A DNA stretch of 64,000 nucleotides from an uncultured Armatimonadia bacterium (GTDB taxonomy: Bacteria; Armatimonadota; Zipacnadia; CAVVLO01). The DNA is taken from the NCBI GenBank assembly GCA_963749155.1, contig CAVVLO010000003.1, forward strand, positions 416,001 through 480,000. Reading direction: 5' to 3'. The first letter of the stretch is position 1. Every line of letters starts with the position of its first letter. The translations under genes were made by a program, and so were the position numbers. This document shows positions 54,906 through 64,000 of the stretch, one piece after another. The notes under the pieces are model-generated. The model saw only the letters and a list, made by a program, of their open reading frames with translations. It was not told the DNA's origin and made no database searches.

Positions 54906-56237
54906 ATGGCCAAGATTGCCTTTATCGGAACCGGGGAAGTCTAGGTTTCACCCAGGGTCTCGTGCGCGACCTGCTTACGTTCCCCGCTTTTCGAGATGCC
55001 GAGATAGCTCTTATGGACATCGACGAGGAGCGCCTGGGTTATAAAGCAGGCCGTCGACAAGATTGTAGAGGCGGGCAATTACCCGGCCAAGGTGTGGGCC
55101 ACCACCGACCGCGCGGAGGCCCTCAAGGGCGCCGACGGCGTCCTGTCAACCATCCTGCAGGGCGGCGTACAAGTCTTCCGCACCGACATCGAGATCCCCA
55201 AGAAGTATGGCGTGGACATCAATGTCGGCGACACGCGCGGCCCGTCGGGCATCTTCCGCGCCCTGCGCACGATCCCGGTGATGCTCGACATCGCGCGCGA
55301 CATCGAGCGCTACTGCCCCGACGCCATCTGTGCTCAACTACACCAACCCGATGGCGATGCTCTGCCGCGCTATGCAGGGGCGATGTCAAGATCTACGGGC
55401 CTCTGCCACAGCGTGCAGGGCACCGCCGGGATGCTGGCGCGACTGGATCGGCGCCCCGATGAACGAGATCACCTACATCTGCGCCGGCATCAACCACCAG
55501 GCCTGGTACCTGGACTACAAGTGGAACGGCAAGGATGCCTATCCGCTGCATCCGCGAAGCCGTCACGAGCGCCCCGAGATCTACAACGACGAGCAGGTGC
55601 GCAACGAGATGTTCCTGCACCTCGGACTACTACGTCACCGAGTCCAGCGGCCACAACTCGGAGTACAACTGCGTGGTTCCGCAAGCGGCCCGACCTCATC
55701 GAGAAATACTGCACCCACGGCACCGGCTGGAATCCCGGCCGACTATGCCTACATCCTCGACGCAGTACCTCGGAGCGCGAAGACCACGTGGCGGAGGAGA
55801 TCGAAGCTGGCTCGACCGAGCCGAGGTCGATCTCGAGCGCGGGCGACGAGTACGCCACCTACATCTTCAACGCCACCATCGGCGACGAGACGCATGTTCG
55901 AGTTCAACGGCAATGTGCGCAACTTCGGCCTCATCGACAACCTGCCCGAAGGCTGCTGCGTCGAGGTGCCCGTGCTCGCCTCGCAAGCGCGGGCTCAAGC
56001 CGATGCACGTCGGCCCGCTGCCCGACGCAGCTCGCGGCCTCACGAACGGTCAACGCCCAGTGCGAGGAGCTGGCGGTCGAGGCCTCGCTCGAGGGCGACC
56101 GTCGCAAGGTGTTCCACGCGATGTGCTTCGATCCGCTGACCAGCGCCGTGCTTAGCCTCGAGGAGATCAAGTCGATGGTGGACGAGATGTTCGAGGCTAA
56201 CAAGGACTATCTGACAACCTTCAAGCACCTCAACTAG
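54906..56237 (+). CDS. melA: GH4 NAD+-dependent alpha-galactosidase/alpha-glucosidase (many frameshifts)
   Basis: [28 protein letters not shown]...[57 protein letters not shown]. Confidence 0.88.
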
Positions 56238-56263
56238 GCCCCAATATCAGCTCGGGAAACAGG

Positions 56264-56299
56264 AAACGCCCCTCTTTCGGGAGGGCGCTTTTTTCTTTT
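56264..56299 (+). terminator. Rho-independent terminator
   Basis: CGCCC-CTC-TTTCG-GGAGGGCG hairpin followed by a T-rich tract. Confidence 0.75.
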
Positions 56300-56343
56300 G
56301 GGGAATCTATCCGAAGCCATCAGGCGGACAAAGTCGTTGGTAT

Positions 56344-56389
56344 TTGACATTTTGTCGGCATATATGGATAATTGGACACAATATGTCAA
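56344..56389 (+). promoter_or_regulatory. Sigma70-type promoter with inverted-repeat operator of the abiE operon
   Basis: TTGACA(56344)-17 nt-GATAAT(56367); inverted repeat TTGACATTTTGT / ACAATATGTCAA (11 of 12 match). Confidence 0.7.
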
Positions 56390-57005
56390 GTGTCGGAGAA
56401 AGCAATACTAGAAAACATATGGTCCTGCAAGCGCTTCATGAGCGAGGGATTATGCGATCCTCTGAACTCGAAGCGCTTGGCATCTCGCGCGAATACCTTC
56501 GACAACTCCGCACTCGCGGTGTTATCGAGCGGGTAGGACATGGGCTGTACAGGCTGCGGGCGAGCGAGCTTACAGTTCACCACAGTCTGGTCGAAGCAAG
56601 TCGCCGCGTCCCTCACGGCACGATCTGTCTTCTTTCTGCGCTGCGCTACCATCAGGTGACAACCCAATCTCCCCACGAGGTCTGGGTAGCGGTCGACCGT
56701 AAAGCGCGGCATCCTCAAATCAAGGACTTCCCGATTTACCGGATTCTCAGCTTCTCTGGGCCTCGCCCTGACAGAAGGGCTCGAAGAGCACCTGATTGAG
56801 GGAGTCCCAGTCCGGGTCTGATTCCCTGGCAAAAACCGTAGCTGACTGCTTCAAATATCGCAACAAGATTGGTCTGGATGTGGCACTTGAAGCGCTACGC
56901 GAAGCACTGCGCGCTAAACGTATCTCAGTGGATAGGCTGTGGCTCTATGCGAAAATCTGCCGTGTAGCCAAAGTTATTCGTCCCTATCTGGAAGCGATGG
57001 CATGA
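56383..57005 (+). CDS. abiEi: Type IV toxin-antitoxin antitoxin, AbiEi family (frameshifts near 56770-56820)
   Basis: wHTH ...ELEALGISREYLRQL...IERVGHGLY, ICLLSALRYH..TTQSP, KTVADCFKYRNKIGLDVALEAL, CRVAKVIRPYLE. Confidence 0.9.
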
Positions 57006-57959
57006 CCTCGGGAAGGCCGCGCAACCTGCCAGCCTCGATTCGTCAGCGACTCTACAATCTCTCACGTGATCGGCATCAAGACTTCGGCCTGGTACTCAAC
57101 CAATATGCTATTGAGAGACTGTTGGTCCGGCTCTGCCAGTCGCCATACGCCCAGCAATTCACCCTCAAGGACGCCCAGCTCATCGCCCAGTGGATGGAGA
57201 CGCTCATTATCGTCCTACTCGTGACCTTGATCTACTGCATGAGGGCATAGCGATGCCGAAGCCTTGGCAACGATTCTTCGTGAGGTCAGCTCTCGGCGTA
57301 GTAGTCCAGAGGATGGCATCTCTTTCCTGGCTGACTCCGTTCGGGCCGAGGTGATTCGCGAGGACACTGTCTATGAGGGCGTCCGCCTTGGCCTTCAATA
57401 CAAACTTGGAAGCATAACTGATGCGCTGCAGATCGACATAGGGGTAGGCGACACAGTGACACCCAGGCCAGACCTCGTCTCCTTGCCCTCGATGCTTGGT
57501 TTTCCTTCCGTCCAGATGCGAGCTTATCCAAGGGAAACAGTTATCGCCGAAAAACTCGAGGCGATGGTGACGCTGGGTATCAGAAACAACCGGATGAAAG
57601 ACTTCTATGATGTGTGGACGCTCTCTGGCTCGTTTGCCTTCAAGGGCCGAGTGCTGTTAGAGGCGATAGGCGCAACGTTCCGAAGGCGACGCACTGAAAT
57701 ACCACCTTCCCTTCCCTTGGCACTGTCGTCAGAATTCTGGCAAGACGAGGCCAAGCAAGCTCAATGGCGGGCCTTCGTCAGGCGCGTGGGCCTTGAAGGC
57801 GAACCGTCCAATCTTGAACGAGTTATCCTGGAATTGCAGACTTTTCTTGGCCCGGTATCGGAAGCCCTTGCCGCCAATCAAGGCTATCTTCAGGACTGGA
57901 CCGCGGCTGAGGGCTGGCGTGTCACCAGTCCTGATCCTGAGAACGAAACCTCAACCTAG
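57002..57959 (+). CDS. abiEii: Type IV toxin, AbiEii/AbiGii nucleotidyltransferase (frameshifts near 57200-57260)
   Basis: ATGA overlap; ASIRQRLYN, YAIERLL.RL, RPTRDLDL, QIDIGVGD, YPRETVIAEKLEA, RMKDFYD. Confidence 0.9.
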
Positions 57960-57965
57960 GCCGAC

Positions 57966-59076
57966 TCACTCCAGCGGTAGTCCGGTGACCTCCAAATCGC
58001 GCGCGACGAGGTAGTGGGGGCTTGCTGGCGGCTCATGACCGAAATCGTGGCTATAACAATAGTAGAGGCGTCCCTTCAGCCGGTCGGCACTGGCCTCTTC
58101 CACCACCAGAGTCGGGTGGAAGGCCATCTCCCTCTTCGGCCAGGGGATGACGAGAGACTTCAGCACCTGGAAGGGAGGGGCCCATTTGAGACCATCAGCC
58201 GAGGTAGACAGGTAGATGCCACTCTTGTCGGCGACTCCGGGGCCTAGCTCCTTCCCCACGACCACGCAGAAGACCATCACATAGCGGTCCATCGCGGCCA
58301 CATACTGCGCATGCGGGGTAAGCGCTGCGCCGCCGAGAGGCGCGCGCCGGAGAGGATGAGCTCATCTTTGCCGCCAAGGCCTGGCTCGGTGAAGTCGCCT
58401 TGATAATACTTCAGCCAACTGCCAGGCAGGCCGGCGCTCTCGAGGGGAGAGCGCGCAACGCAGAGGCCAATGCCGCGCCCACCGGCCTTGCTGTGGTCGG
58501 TGTAATAACAGAGGAGCCACTTGCCCGTCTTGTCGGGCAGCAGAGCTGCCCTTCACCGATGCCCTGGTCGGAGCTGCCCTGGGGCGACTTGGGAAGCTGA
58601 CTGGTCAGCGCCTGACCGAGTTTCTGAAAGGTCAGCCCGTCATCGTCCGACACCGCGCACCCGATGGAGCTGTAATAGCCTGGCACACCACTTGGGATGA
58701 GGGGCATATCCTCCTGGTCCTCGGCGTGGTAGAGGGCCGTCAGCCGCCCGGTGGCGGGGTCGCGCCAGGCGCCGAAGAGGCCCGCGTAGCCGTTGTCGAA
58801 CTCCCCCGGCCGCCCGGCCGCAACACCTCGGCAACGGGCGTCAGTTGCTCGAAGCTCGGGCCGGTCAGCAGGTGGGTGGTGATGCCCGCGACGACCAGTA
58901 CGCGCAGATTAGGTTCCGGCTGAAGCACCACCAGCGGCTCATCGGGGAAATAGTGCAATCCCGCCTGCGCCGTCGGGCAGGACGGTCTCCTGAGAGCCGA
59001 GGATGACCTCGGGCGCAGCGTCAGCCCCTTTAGTCAACCATAGGCAGATCGCCAGGACCAGCAACAGTGCTTTCAC
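57966..59076 (-). CDS. Secreted beta-propeller glycoside hydrolase-like protein (GH43/GH32 clan-like), multiple frameshifts
   Basis: GTG start with signal MKALLLVLAICLWL; YFPDEP, FDNGYAG, YHAEDQ, Asp-boxes AVSDDDGLTF and STSADGLKW. Confidence 0.6.
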
Positions 59077-59089
59077 GCCTCTCACCTCT

Positions 59090-60406
59090 TTACCTTAGTT
59101 TCTCAGCAGGGACAGCGAGCCCTGCAGGGGGCCAGATTCTCGCCCTCATTAATTCCGAGTTCGCCACCCACATCAGGAAGAAAGGCTCCTCTGCCTTCCG
59201 CAGCTTCAGCGCGATGAGGAATGGCCGGTCGAAGGTGAAATGGCGGGGCGCGCAGCCTGGATATGCCCCTGCCGTAGACTCTACCAAGGCTCCACTGGCC
59301 GTCAAGCTGAAGCCCACCTGCTGATAGAGATAGTAGGGATTGACCTTCCATTCAGGTTTTCCGGGCGTATCGACCTTCAGTAGCCAAAGCTTGTCCAGTT
59401 GGAAAGCGATCACCGGCACTGTCAGAGTGTCGGTTTGCTTGAACCCCCAGTAGGCTTTGTTAGTCTGGTGTTTCGTCGACCACTCGGTCGCCAGCTTCTC
59501 GCTGGCCTGCCAGGTCGCTTCAAGGGTCGCCTTCGATGGTACTTGAGCGAGTATCACTTGTATTGTCGGATTGTCCGCAGCCAGGTCGAGGACCATCTCC
59601 AGGTCTAGACCTGGGTTACCAAGGACGTAATCTGCATTAGTGTAAAGTATGCGCACATGCTCGCGAACCTCAGCTTTGGCTAATGCGGTCAGGTCGTCAA
59701 TCCCAAAACATGACACCTGCACCGGCTTGCCGTCCACCCCTGGGAAGGAGAGCTCTCGGGGTTCTTCTTTGAAGGCAGGATTGAAAACGGCCCCTCCTCG
59801 CAGGTAGGCAAGCGAGAGGAAGCCTTGCAGTGTTGGGTCATACTCGGGCAGCCTGGGCGCGGACGCATCGGGAAACTTGGCCTGCAGTTCCTTCGTCAAC
59901 TTCGGTAATAACTTCTCGTCCGGCAACTCGCCGAAGCCGAGGTAATACCAGTTCTCTGGAAGCGAGGCTTTGGCTGGTGGGGCGGTATTGAGCTGCTGCG
60001 CCAGCTCGGGCTGTTCTGGCAGAAAGAGAGTACCTGTTTTAAGGTGCCTCTGGGCTTCCTGCCAGGCCAGCTCGAAGGAGGAGCACCAGACCAGGTTTTT
60101 ACCCTCTGCCAGCTGTACCTGAGGCGTGAAGGCCAACTGCGTGCCCTTCAGATCCGCTGCCGGTCCGTTGTACACATAACCAGCAGGTTTAGGCACCCCA
60201 ACAGGACGTGCCAGTCTGGTCCGCATAGAAAACCAGAAGGCATCCCAGCGTTCTGAGATTGCCTGCGAGACGTCATCAGTAGCCATCTCCAGCCGGTGTT
60301 TCACTGATATATGCGAATTCCCGGACCATTCGCTCTTAATCGAGATTAACCCCAGTCCGACTAGCAGGCAGAGCCCGACCACCACCAAGGTACGTCTCTG
60401 CTTCAT
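59090..60406 (-). CDS. Membrane-anchored serpin-like protein (last copy of array)
   Basis: N-terminal TM; NLVWCSSFELAWQE; FSLTASGALVES...FTFDRPFLIALK...PFFLMWV resembles the serpin C-terminal signature. Confidence 0.7.
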   Translation of the reverse strand: MKQRRTLVVVGLCLLVGLGLISIKSEWSGNSHISVKHRLEMATDDVSQAISERWDAFWFSMRTRLARPVGVPKPAGYVYNGPAADLKGTQLAFTPQVQLAEGKNLVWCSSFELAWQEAQRHLKTGTLFLPEQPELAQQLNTAPPAKASLPENWYYLGFGELPDEKLLPKLTKELQAKFPDASAPRLPEYDPTLQGFLSLAYLRGGAVFNPAFKEEPRELSFPGVDGKPVQVSCFGIDDLTALAKAEVREHVRILYTNADYVLGNPGLDLEMVLDLAADNPTIQVILAQVPSKATLEATWQASEKLATEWSTKHQTNKAYWGFKQTDTLTVPVIAFQLDKLWLLKVDTPGKPEWKVNPYYLYQQVGFSLTASGALVESTAGAYPGCAPRHFTFDRPFLIALKLRKAEEPFFLMWVANSELMRARIWPPAGLAVPAEKLR

Positions 60407-60411
60407 CCCCC

Positions 60412-61656
60412 TCACCTCTTCCTCATCAGCTCGGCGTTCGCCACCCACATCAGGAAGAAAGGCTCCTCCGCCTTCCGCAGCTTCAGCGCGATGAGGAAAG
60501 GCCGGTCGAAGAAAAGTCTCGCGCAGGCGACATACCGGCCGGGAGCGCTGGTCGCAACAGAGCCGACAATCGCTCCACTTGCCGTCAGATTGAAACCGAT
60601 GCGCTGGTAGAGGTCGTACGGGACAAAGGCGCCAGCCGGATTGTCGGGGGTCCGTAGTCCGAGTTCCATCAGCTTGTCGAGTTGGAAAGCGAGCGTCGGG
60701 ACGAGTATAGACTCGTCATCCGCGAGGGCCGTGTAGTCCTCGTTGCGCCGGTACTTCCACTTGGCGGCCTTCTCCTCGACGACCCGCCAGGTGGCTTGAA
60801 GGCTGTCGGCGGGCTCCTCAGCGGCGAGAATCACGGCAACATCAGGGTTGTCAGCTGCAAGATCCACGGCAAAGGTGCCGAGAGGTGGGCATTCTGCCGA
60901 GGCCCTCCATCCCCCGTATAACACCTTCACATGGCGCCGTACCGCCTCGGAAACCGGTGGGCCATAGTCGCAGATCCCGAAACAGTCTACCTGGACGGAT
61001 TTGCCTGAGAGAGCAGGGAAGCTAAGCGCCCCAGGATTTTCCTCGAAGGGCGGGTTAAACACCGCGCCACCGCGTAGATAGGCGAGTGAGATGAAACCGG
61101 GCAGCGTGGGGTCACCAGGCCACTCAATCTCGCCCACATCGGGGAACCTGGCCTTCAGCTCGGTGATCAATCGCGTTGGCAAGTCCGGATCCGGAGTTCT
61201 GCCAAAGCCAGTGTAGTACCATTCTTCAGGCAACGAAGCCTTCGCCGGCGGAGCGGAGTTGAGCTGGGCGGTCAGCTCCGGCTCGTTTTGCAGAGCCAGC
61301 TTGCCTTGGGGGAAGTGCGCGTTCGCCTCCTGCCAGGCCATCACCATACTGGAGCACCAGAGGGTGTTCATCGTTTTGTCCAGTGGCAACCCGGACGAGA
61401 AGACAATATCCGTCGCCTTGAGCCTTTGCACGTCGCCCTGGACGCCAAAGCTCGCCGGATTCGGCGGCACCGCAAGCTTCCGCAGCACCGCTTGCTCAGG
61501 CGGCGGCGCGGGCGACTCGGGATGATGCTTGAGCCCCTCAAGCCACAGGTGTATCGTCTTTAGCCCACCGTGAGATCTCGGCCCTGCCGCCTTCACCACG
61601 ATGAATACAGTCAGGATACATAACACCAAAAGTACCAAGGCTTCTTTTCGTGTCAT
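60412..61656 (-). CDS. Membrane-anchored serpin-like protein
   Basis: N-terminal TM; NTLWCSSMVMAWQE; FNLTASGA...FFDRPFLIALK...MWVANAELMRKR. Confidence 0.7.
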   Translation of the reverse strand: MTRKEALVLLVLCILTVFIVVKAAGPRSHGGLKTIHLWLEGLKHHPESPAPPPEQAVLRKLAVPPNPASFGVQGDVQRLKATDIVFSSGLPLDKTMNTLWCSSMVMAWQEANAHFPQGKLALQNEPELTAQLNSAPPAKASLPEEWYYTGFGRTPDPDLPTRLITELKARFPDVGEIEWPGDPTLPGFISLAYLRGGAVFNPPFEENPGALSFPALSGKSVQVDCFGICDYGPPVSEAVRRHVKVLYGGWRASAECPPLGTFAVDLAADNPDVAVILAAEEPADSLQATWRVVEEKAAKWKYRRNEDYTALADDESILVPTLAFQLDKLMELGLRTPDNPAGAFVPYDLYQRIGFNLTASGAIVGSVATSAPGRYVACARLFFDRPFLIALKLRKAEEPFFLMWVANAELMRKR

Positions 61657-61661
61657 ATTTA

Positions 61662-62807
61662 TCACCTCTTCCTCATCAGTTCGGCGTTATCCACCCACAT
61701 TACAAAGTAGGGCTCCGGGGCGCCTCGCACCTTCATATACAGCAGGAAAGGCCCATCCAGCACAAAGGGCAGCGATTCCGACTTGAACGCGTGTCTGGCG
61801 CTTACGCGAAGCTTCGCACCAGTCCTGTCGAGATCAAACTGGAGGACCTCCCCGGACTCGACCAGGGGAAGACCGCGGCCAGCCTCGTTTAGCAGGGCCC
61901 TGCCCTCCAGTTCTTTGAAACGCTTCTCGATGCGGAAGTGGAACTCCGGCACGCCCAGCACTTCATCAGAGAACTCGCGTTGAGCTTCAGGCGTTGACCG
62001 GCGATTGCACTCCTCGAGCGTTGCCCTCAGCGTCCTGCCGGGTAAGATTTTGGCCACCACAATCTGGCTGGGCTGGCTGCGAGTATTCAGGTCCAACGCC
62101 CAGGACTCCCCACGCCCTTCCATAAACAGGAACTGCGCTTGCTCGCGTATGTCGAAGAAACCCGAGGTGTCCTTTGGACGTAATCCGAAGGCGCCAACTC
62201 GCCTTGTGGCGCCTTGGCTGTCGGTGAACTTGAACTTCTTGCCCCAGTCGTTGTAAGGCGGGTCGAAGGGCACCTGGGCCGTGAGACCCGCCCAGGAGGC
62301 GAGGTCGCCCGGCTCCAGAGTCGTGTCAAAGCCCGGCAGGTCTCGAAAAGCCTCGGACCGCTGCCCCAAGACCTTTGTTACCTTAGCGCCATCGCCACCG
62401 ACAGCCCAGTAACCGCCATCTGGCAGCCAGGTCTTCTCGAAGTGGCTCGCGTTGAGCTGCCTGGCCAGTTCAGGATCGCCTTCGAGCTTCACCGGCTCCC
62501 CGTTCAGCGCCTGGTCACGTAGCTCTTGCCAGGCCATCTCATAGGCGGCGCACCAGATTATGTTTTTGCCGGGCGCAAGCGGGGCGTCGAGAGTGCCCAC
62601 CACCTCGGTTCGGGGTAGCTCATCTGCCGATTTGGCAATCACCGGCGCAGGACGCAGGCTCCCCCAGGATATGGAAAAGGGAATTGGTTTGAGACTCAAC
62701 GCCATAATTAGCCAGATGTAGAGGAAGGGTGCTAGCAAGGCCACGAGACAAGCACAGCCACACCTGTTCCCCCACGGCTTGCCCTCTCTGGTTGGAGGCT
62801 CGTGCAT
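61662..62807 (-). CDS. Membrane-anchored serpin-like protein
   Basis: N-terminal TM; NIIWCAAYEMAWQE; VPEFHFRIE; FDLDRTGA...FVLDGPFLLYMK...MWVDNAELMRKR. Confidence 0.7.
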   Translation of the reverse strand: MHEPPTREGKPWGNRCGCACLVALLAPFLYIWLIMALSLKPIPFSISWGSLRPAPVIAKSADELPRTEVVGTLDAPLAPGKNIIWCAAYEMAWQELRDQALNGEPVKLEGDPELARQLNASHFEKTWLPDGGYWAVGGDGAKVTKVLGQRSEAFRDLPGFDTTLEPGDLASWAGLTAQVPFDPPYNDWGKKFKFTDSQGATRRVGAFGLRPKDTSGFFDIREQAQFLFMEGRGESWALDLNTRSQPSQIVVAKILPGRTLRATLEECNRRSTPEAQREFSDEVLGVPEFHFRIEKRFKELEGRALLNEAGRGLPLVESGEVLQFDLDRTGAKLRVSARHAFKSESLPFVLDGPFLLYMKVRGAPEPYFVMWVDNAELMRKR

Positions 62808-62813
62808 CCCAGT

Positions 62814-63914
62814 TCACCTTTTCCTCATCAGTTCGGCGTTGTCCACCCACATTGCGAAGTAGGGCTCCCTCTCTCCCCGCACGCGCATCAGCACGAGGAA
62901 GGGCCGGTCGAAAACTATCTCGCGCATCGACATGGCAAGTGGGATTACTGCGGCACTCTTCAGCTGCGCGCCTCGATGGTTAAGAGTGAAACTCACCCTG
63001 GTTCGGATATCAGCCAACTGTATAGACCTGGACCACTCGTCCAGAGGCGGGTCGAGGAAGTATCCGCTGCGAAATTCTGGGGCCGATGCCGTGAGTTCTA
63101 AGTTGAACTCAGGCACGCCCAGCGATGCGTGAGAAGGAAAAGGCATCGGCTCGTAGGGGCACTTGCCACCAGATCCAAAGCGTGTTCTACAGTTGCTGCA
63201 AGTGTCTTGCCCGGCTCTACACAAGCCAGCACTAACTGACTGGGCGAGCTCTCATGATCCATATCCACGACGATTTCTCTAACCTGGTCAGGCCGGAGAC
63301 CTTGTGTGACATAGAGGATCTGGGGCTGGTATTGCTGCCGAGATTTGTACTTGTTTCCTTCACGCTTCTTCAAGCCAAAACCCTCGACCAGCACTGTTCT
63401 GGAGTCAGTGCCTGTAAACAGCAGCTTGGTGGGATTCTTCTCATACGCATATGTAAAGGGGACTTCCGCCACAACCGCGCCCCCAGCAATTGCCAACTTG
63501 GTATCCAGGGCGATGCCTCGTGAGGCCAACTGTTCAGCAAACGCAGCATCTCTTTCAGGAGCGCTGGGCCCAGCCCAGGCGAACCAGCTTCCCTCCGGCA
63601 GCAGCTTGCGGTCGAAAGGCGCTGAGTTCAACCTGTCGGCCAAGAGCTGACCTTGAGTAACTCTTCAGCGGTACGCCCCCTGCAGCCTCACGGAGCTCAT
63701 CCCACGCGAGTTGCAGCGCGGCGCTCCATACCACATTCTTCCCGGCGGCCAGCGGCTCGTCGAGTGTCGGAGCGACGATTGTGTGCTTCAATCCTTCGAC
63801 CGGCCCCGAGTAGACTGGCAGGGCCTTACTCGCCTGCCGTGTGTGGTCTACCCACCACAGCCCAAGAAGCACCAAACAAATCACCAGTAGAGTTATCACG
63901 AGCTTCCGTCCCAC
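62814..63914 (-). CDS. Membrane-anchored serpin-like protein (two frameshifts)
   Basis: ORFs 63555..63914, 63098..63643, 62814..63224 join; NVVWSAALQLAWDE; FTLNHRGA...IVFDRPFLVLMR...MWVDNAELMRKR. Confidence 0.7.
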
Positions 63915-63920
63915 TAGCCC

Positions 63921-64000
63921 TCACCTCTTCCTCATCAGTTCGGCGTTGGCGACCCACATTGCGAAGTAGGGCTCCCTCTCTCCGCGCACGCGCATCAGCA
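63921..64000 (-). CDS. 3' end of a further serpin-like paralogue (truncated by window edge)
   Basis: Encodes LMRVRGEREPYFAMWVANAELMRKR-stop; nearly identical to 62814..62893. Confidence 0.8.
   Translation of the reverse strand, partial: LMRVRGEREPYFAMWVANAELMRKR

Noticed and set aside
56344..57959. Prophage or integrative element around abiE
   Set aside because: No integrase, tRNA target or flanking direct repeats recognised

Overview
GC-rich bacterial window dominated by a polysaccharide/sulfated-glycan utilisation region. It carries many signal-peptide TIM-barrel glycoside hydrolases (several with NPCBM domains), a sulfatase, a sugar ABC transporter with an SBP-permease fusion, four uroporphyrinogen-decarboxylase-superfamily genes and a GH4 enzyme. 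It also has tldD/tldE, a CoA-disulfide reductase-rhodanese and an atypical PEPCK-like P-loop enzyme. About 20 genes are split by single-base indels, which looks like long-read consensus error, so several gene models were stitched by hand across frames and their coordinates are approximate. The most unusual signals are: (1) a tandem array of at least five membrane-anchored serpin-like genes (59090-64000) with near-constant 3' ends that double as the RBS of the next gene, but with different reactive-centre-loop sequences; (2) a TIR_2-TPR gene hidden in an error-ridden segment (33492-35139) that the ORF track misses; (3) a modular family of extragenic palindromic repeats (a GTAG-REP plus two other covarying hairpins) at four sites, two of which bracket the ABC transporter; (4) a secreted His-Gly/Cys (clan CD-like) protein with an out-of-frame G13 tract in its signal peptide, coupled to a PepSY-like membrane-anchored partner; (5) two paralogues of an unrecognised secreted family flanking a triple-repeat lipoprotein; (6) an AbiEi/AbiEii type IV toxin-antitoxin pair with a visible promoter/operator. 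No rRNA, tRNA, CRISPR array, integrase or transposase was recognised. All family calls come from motif recognition by eye; no searches were run.
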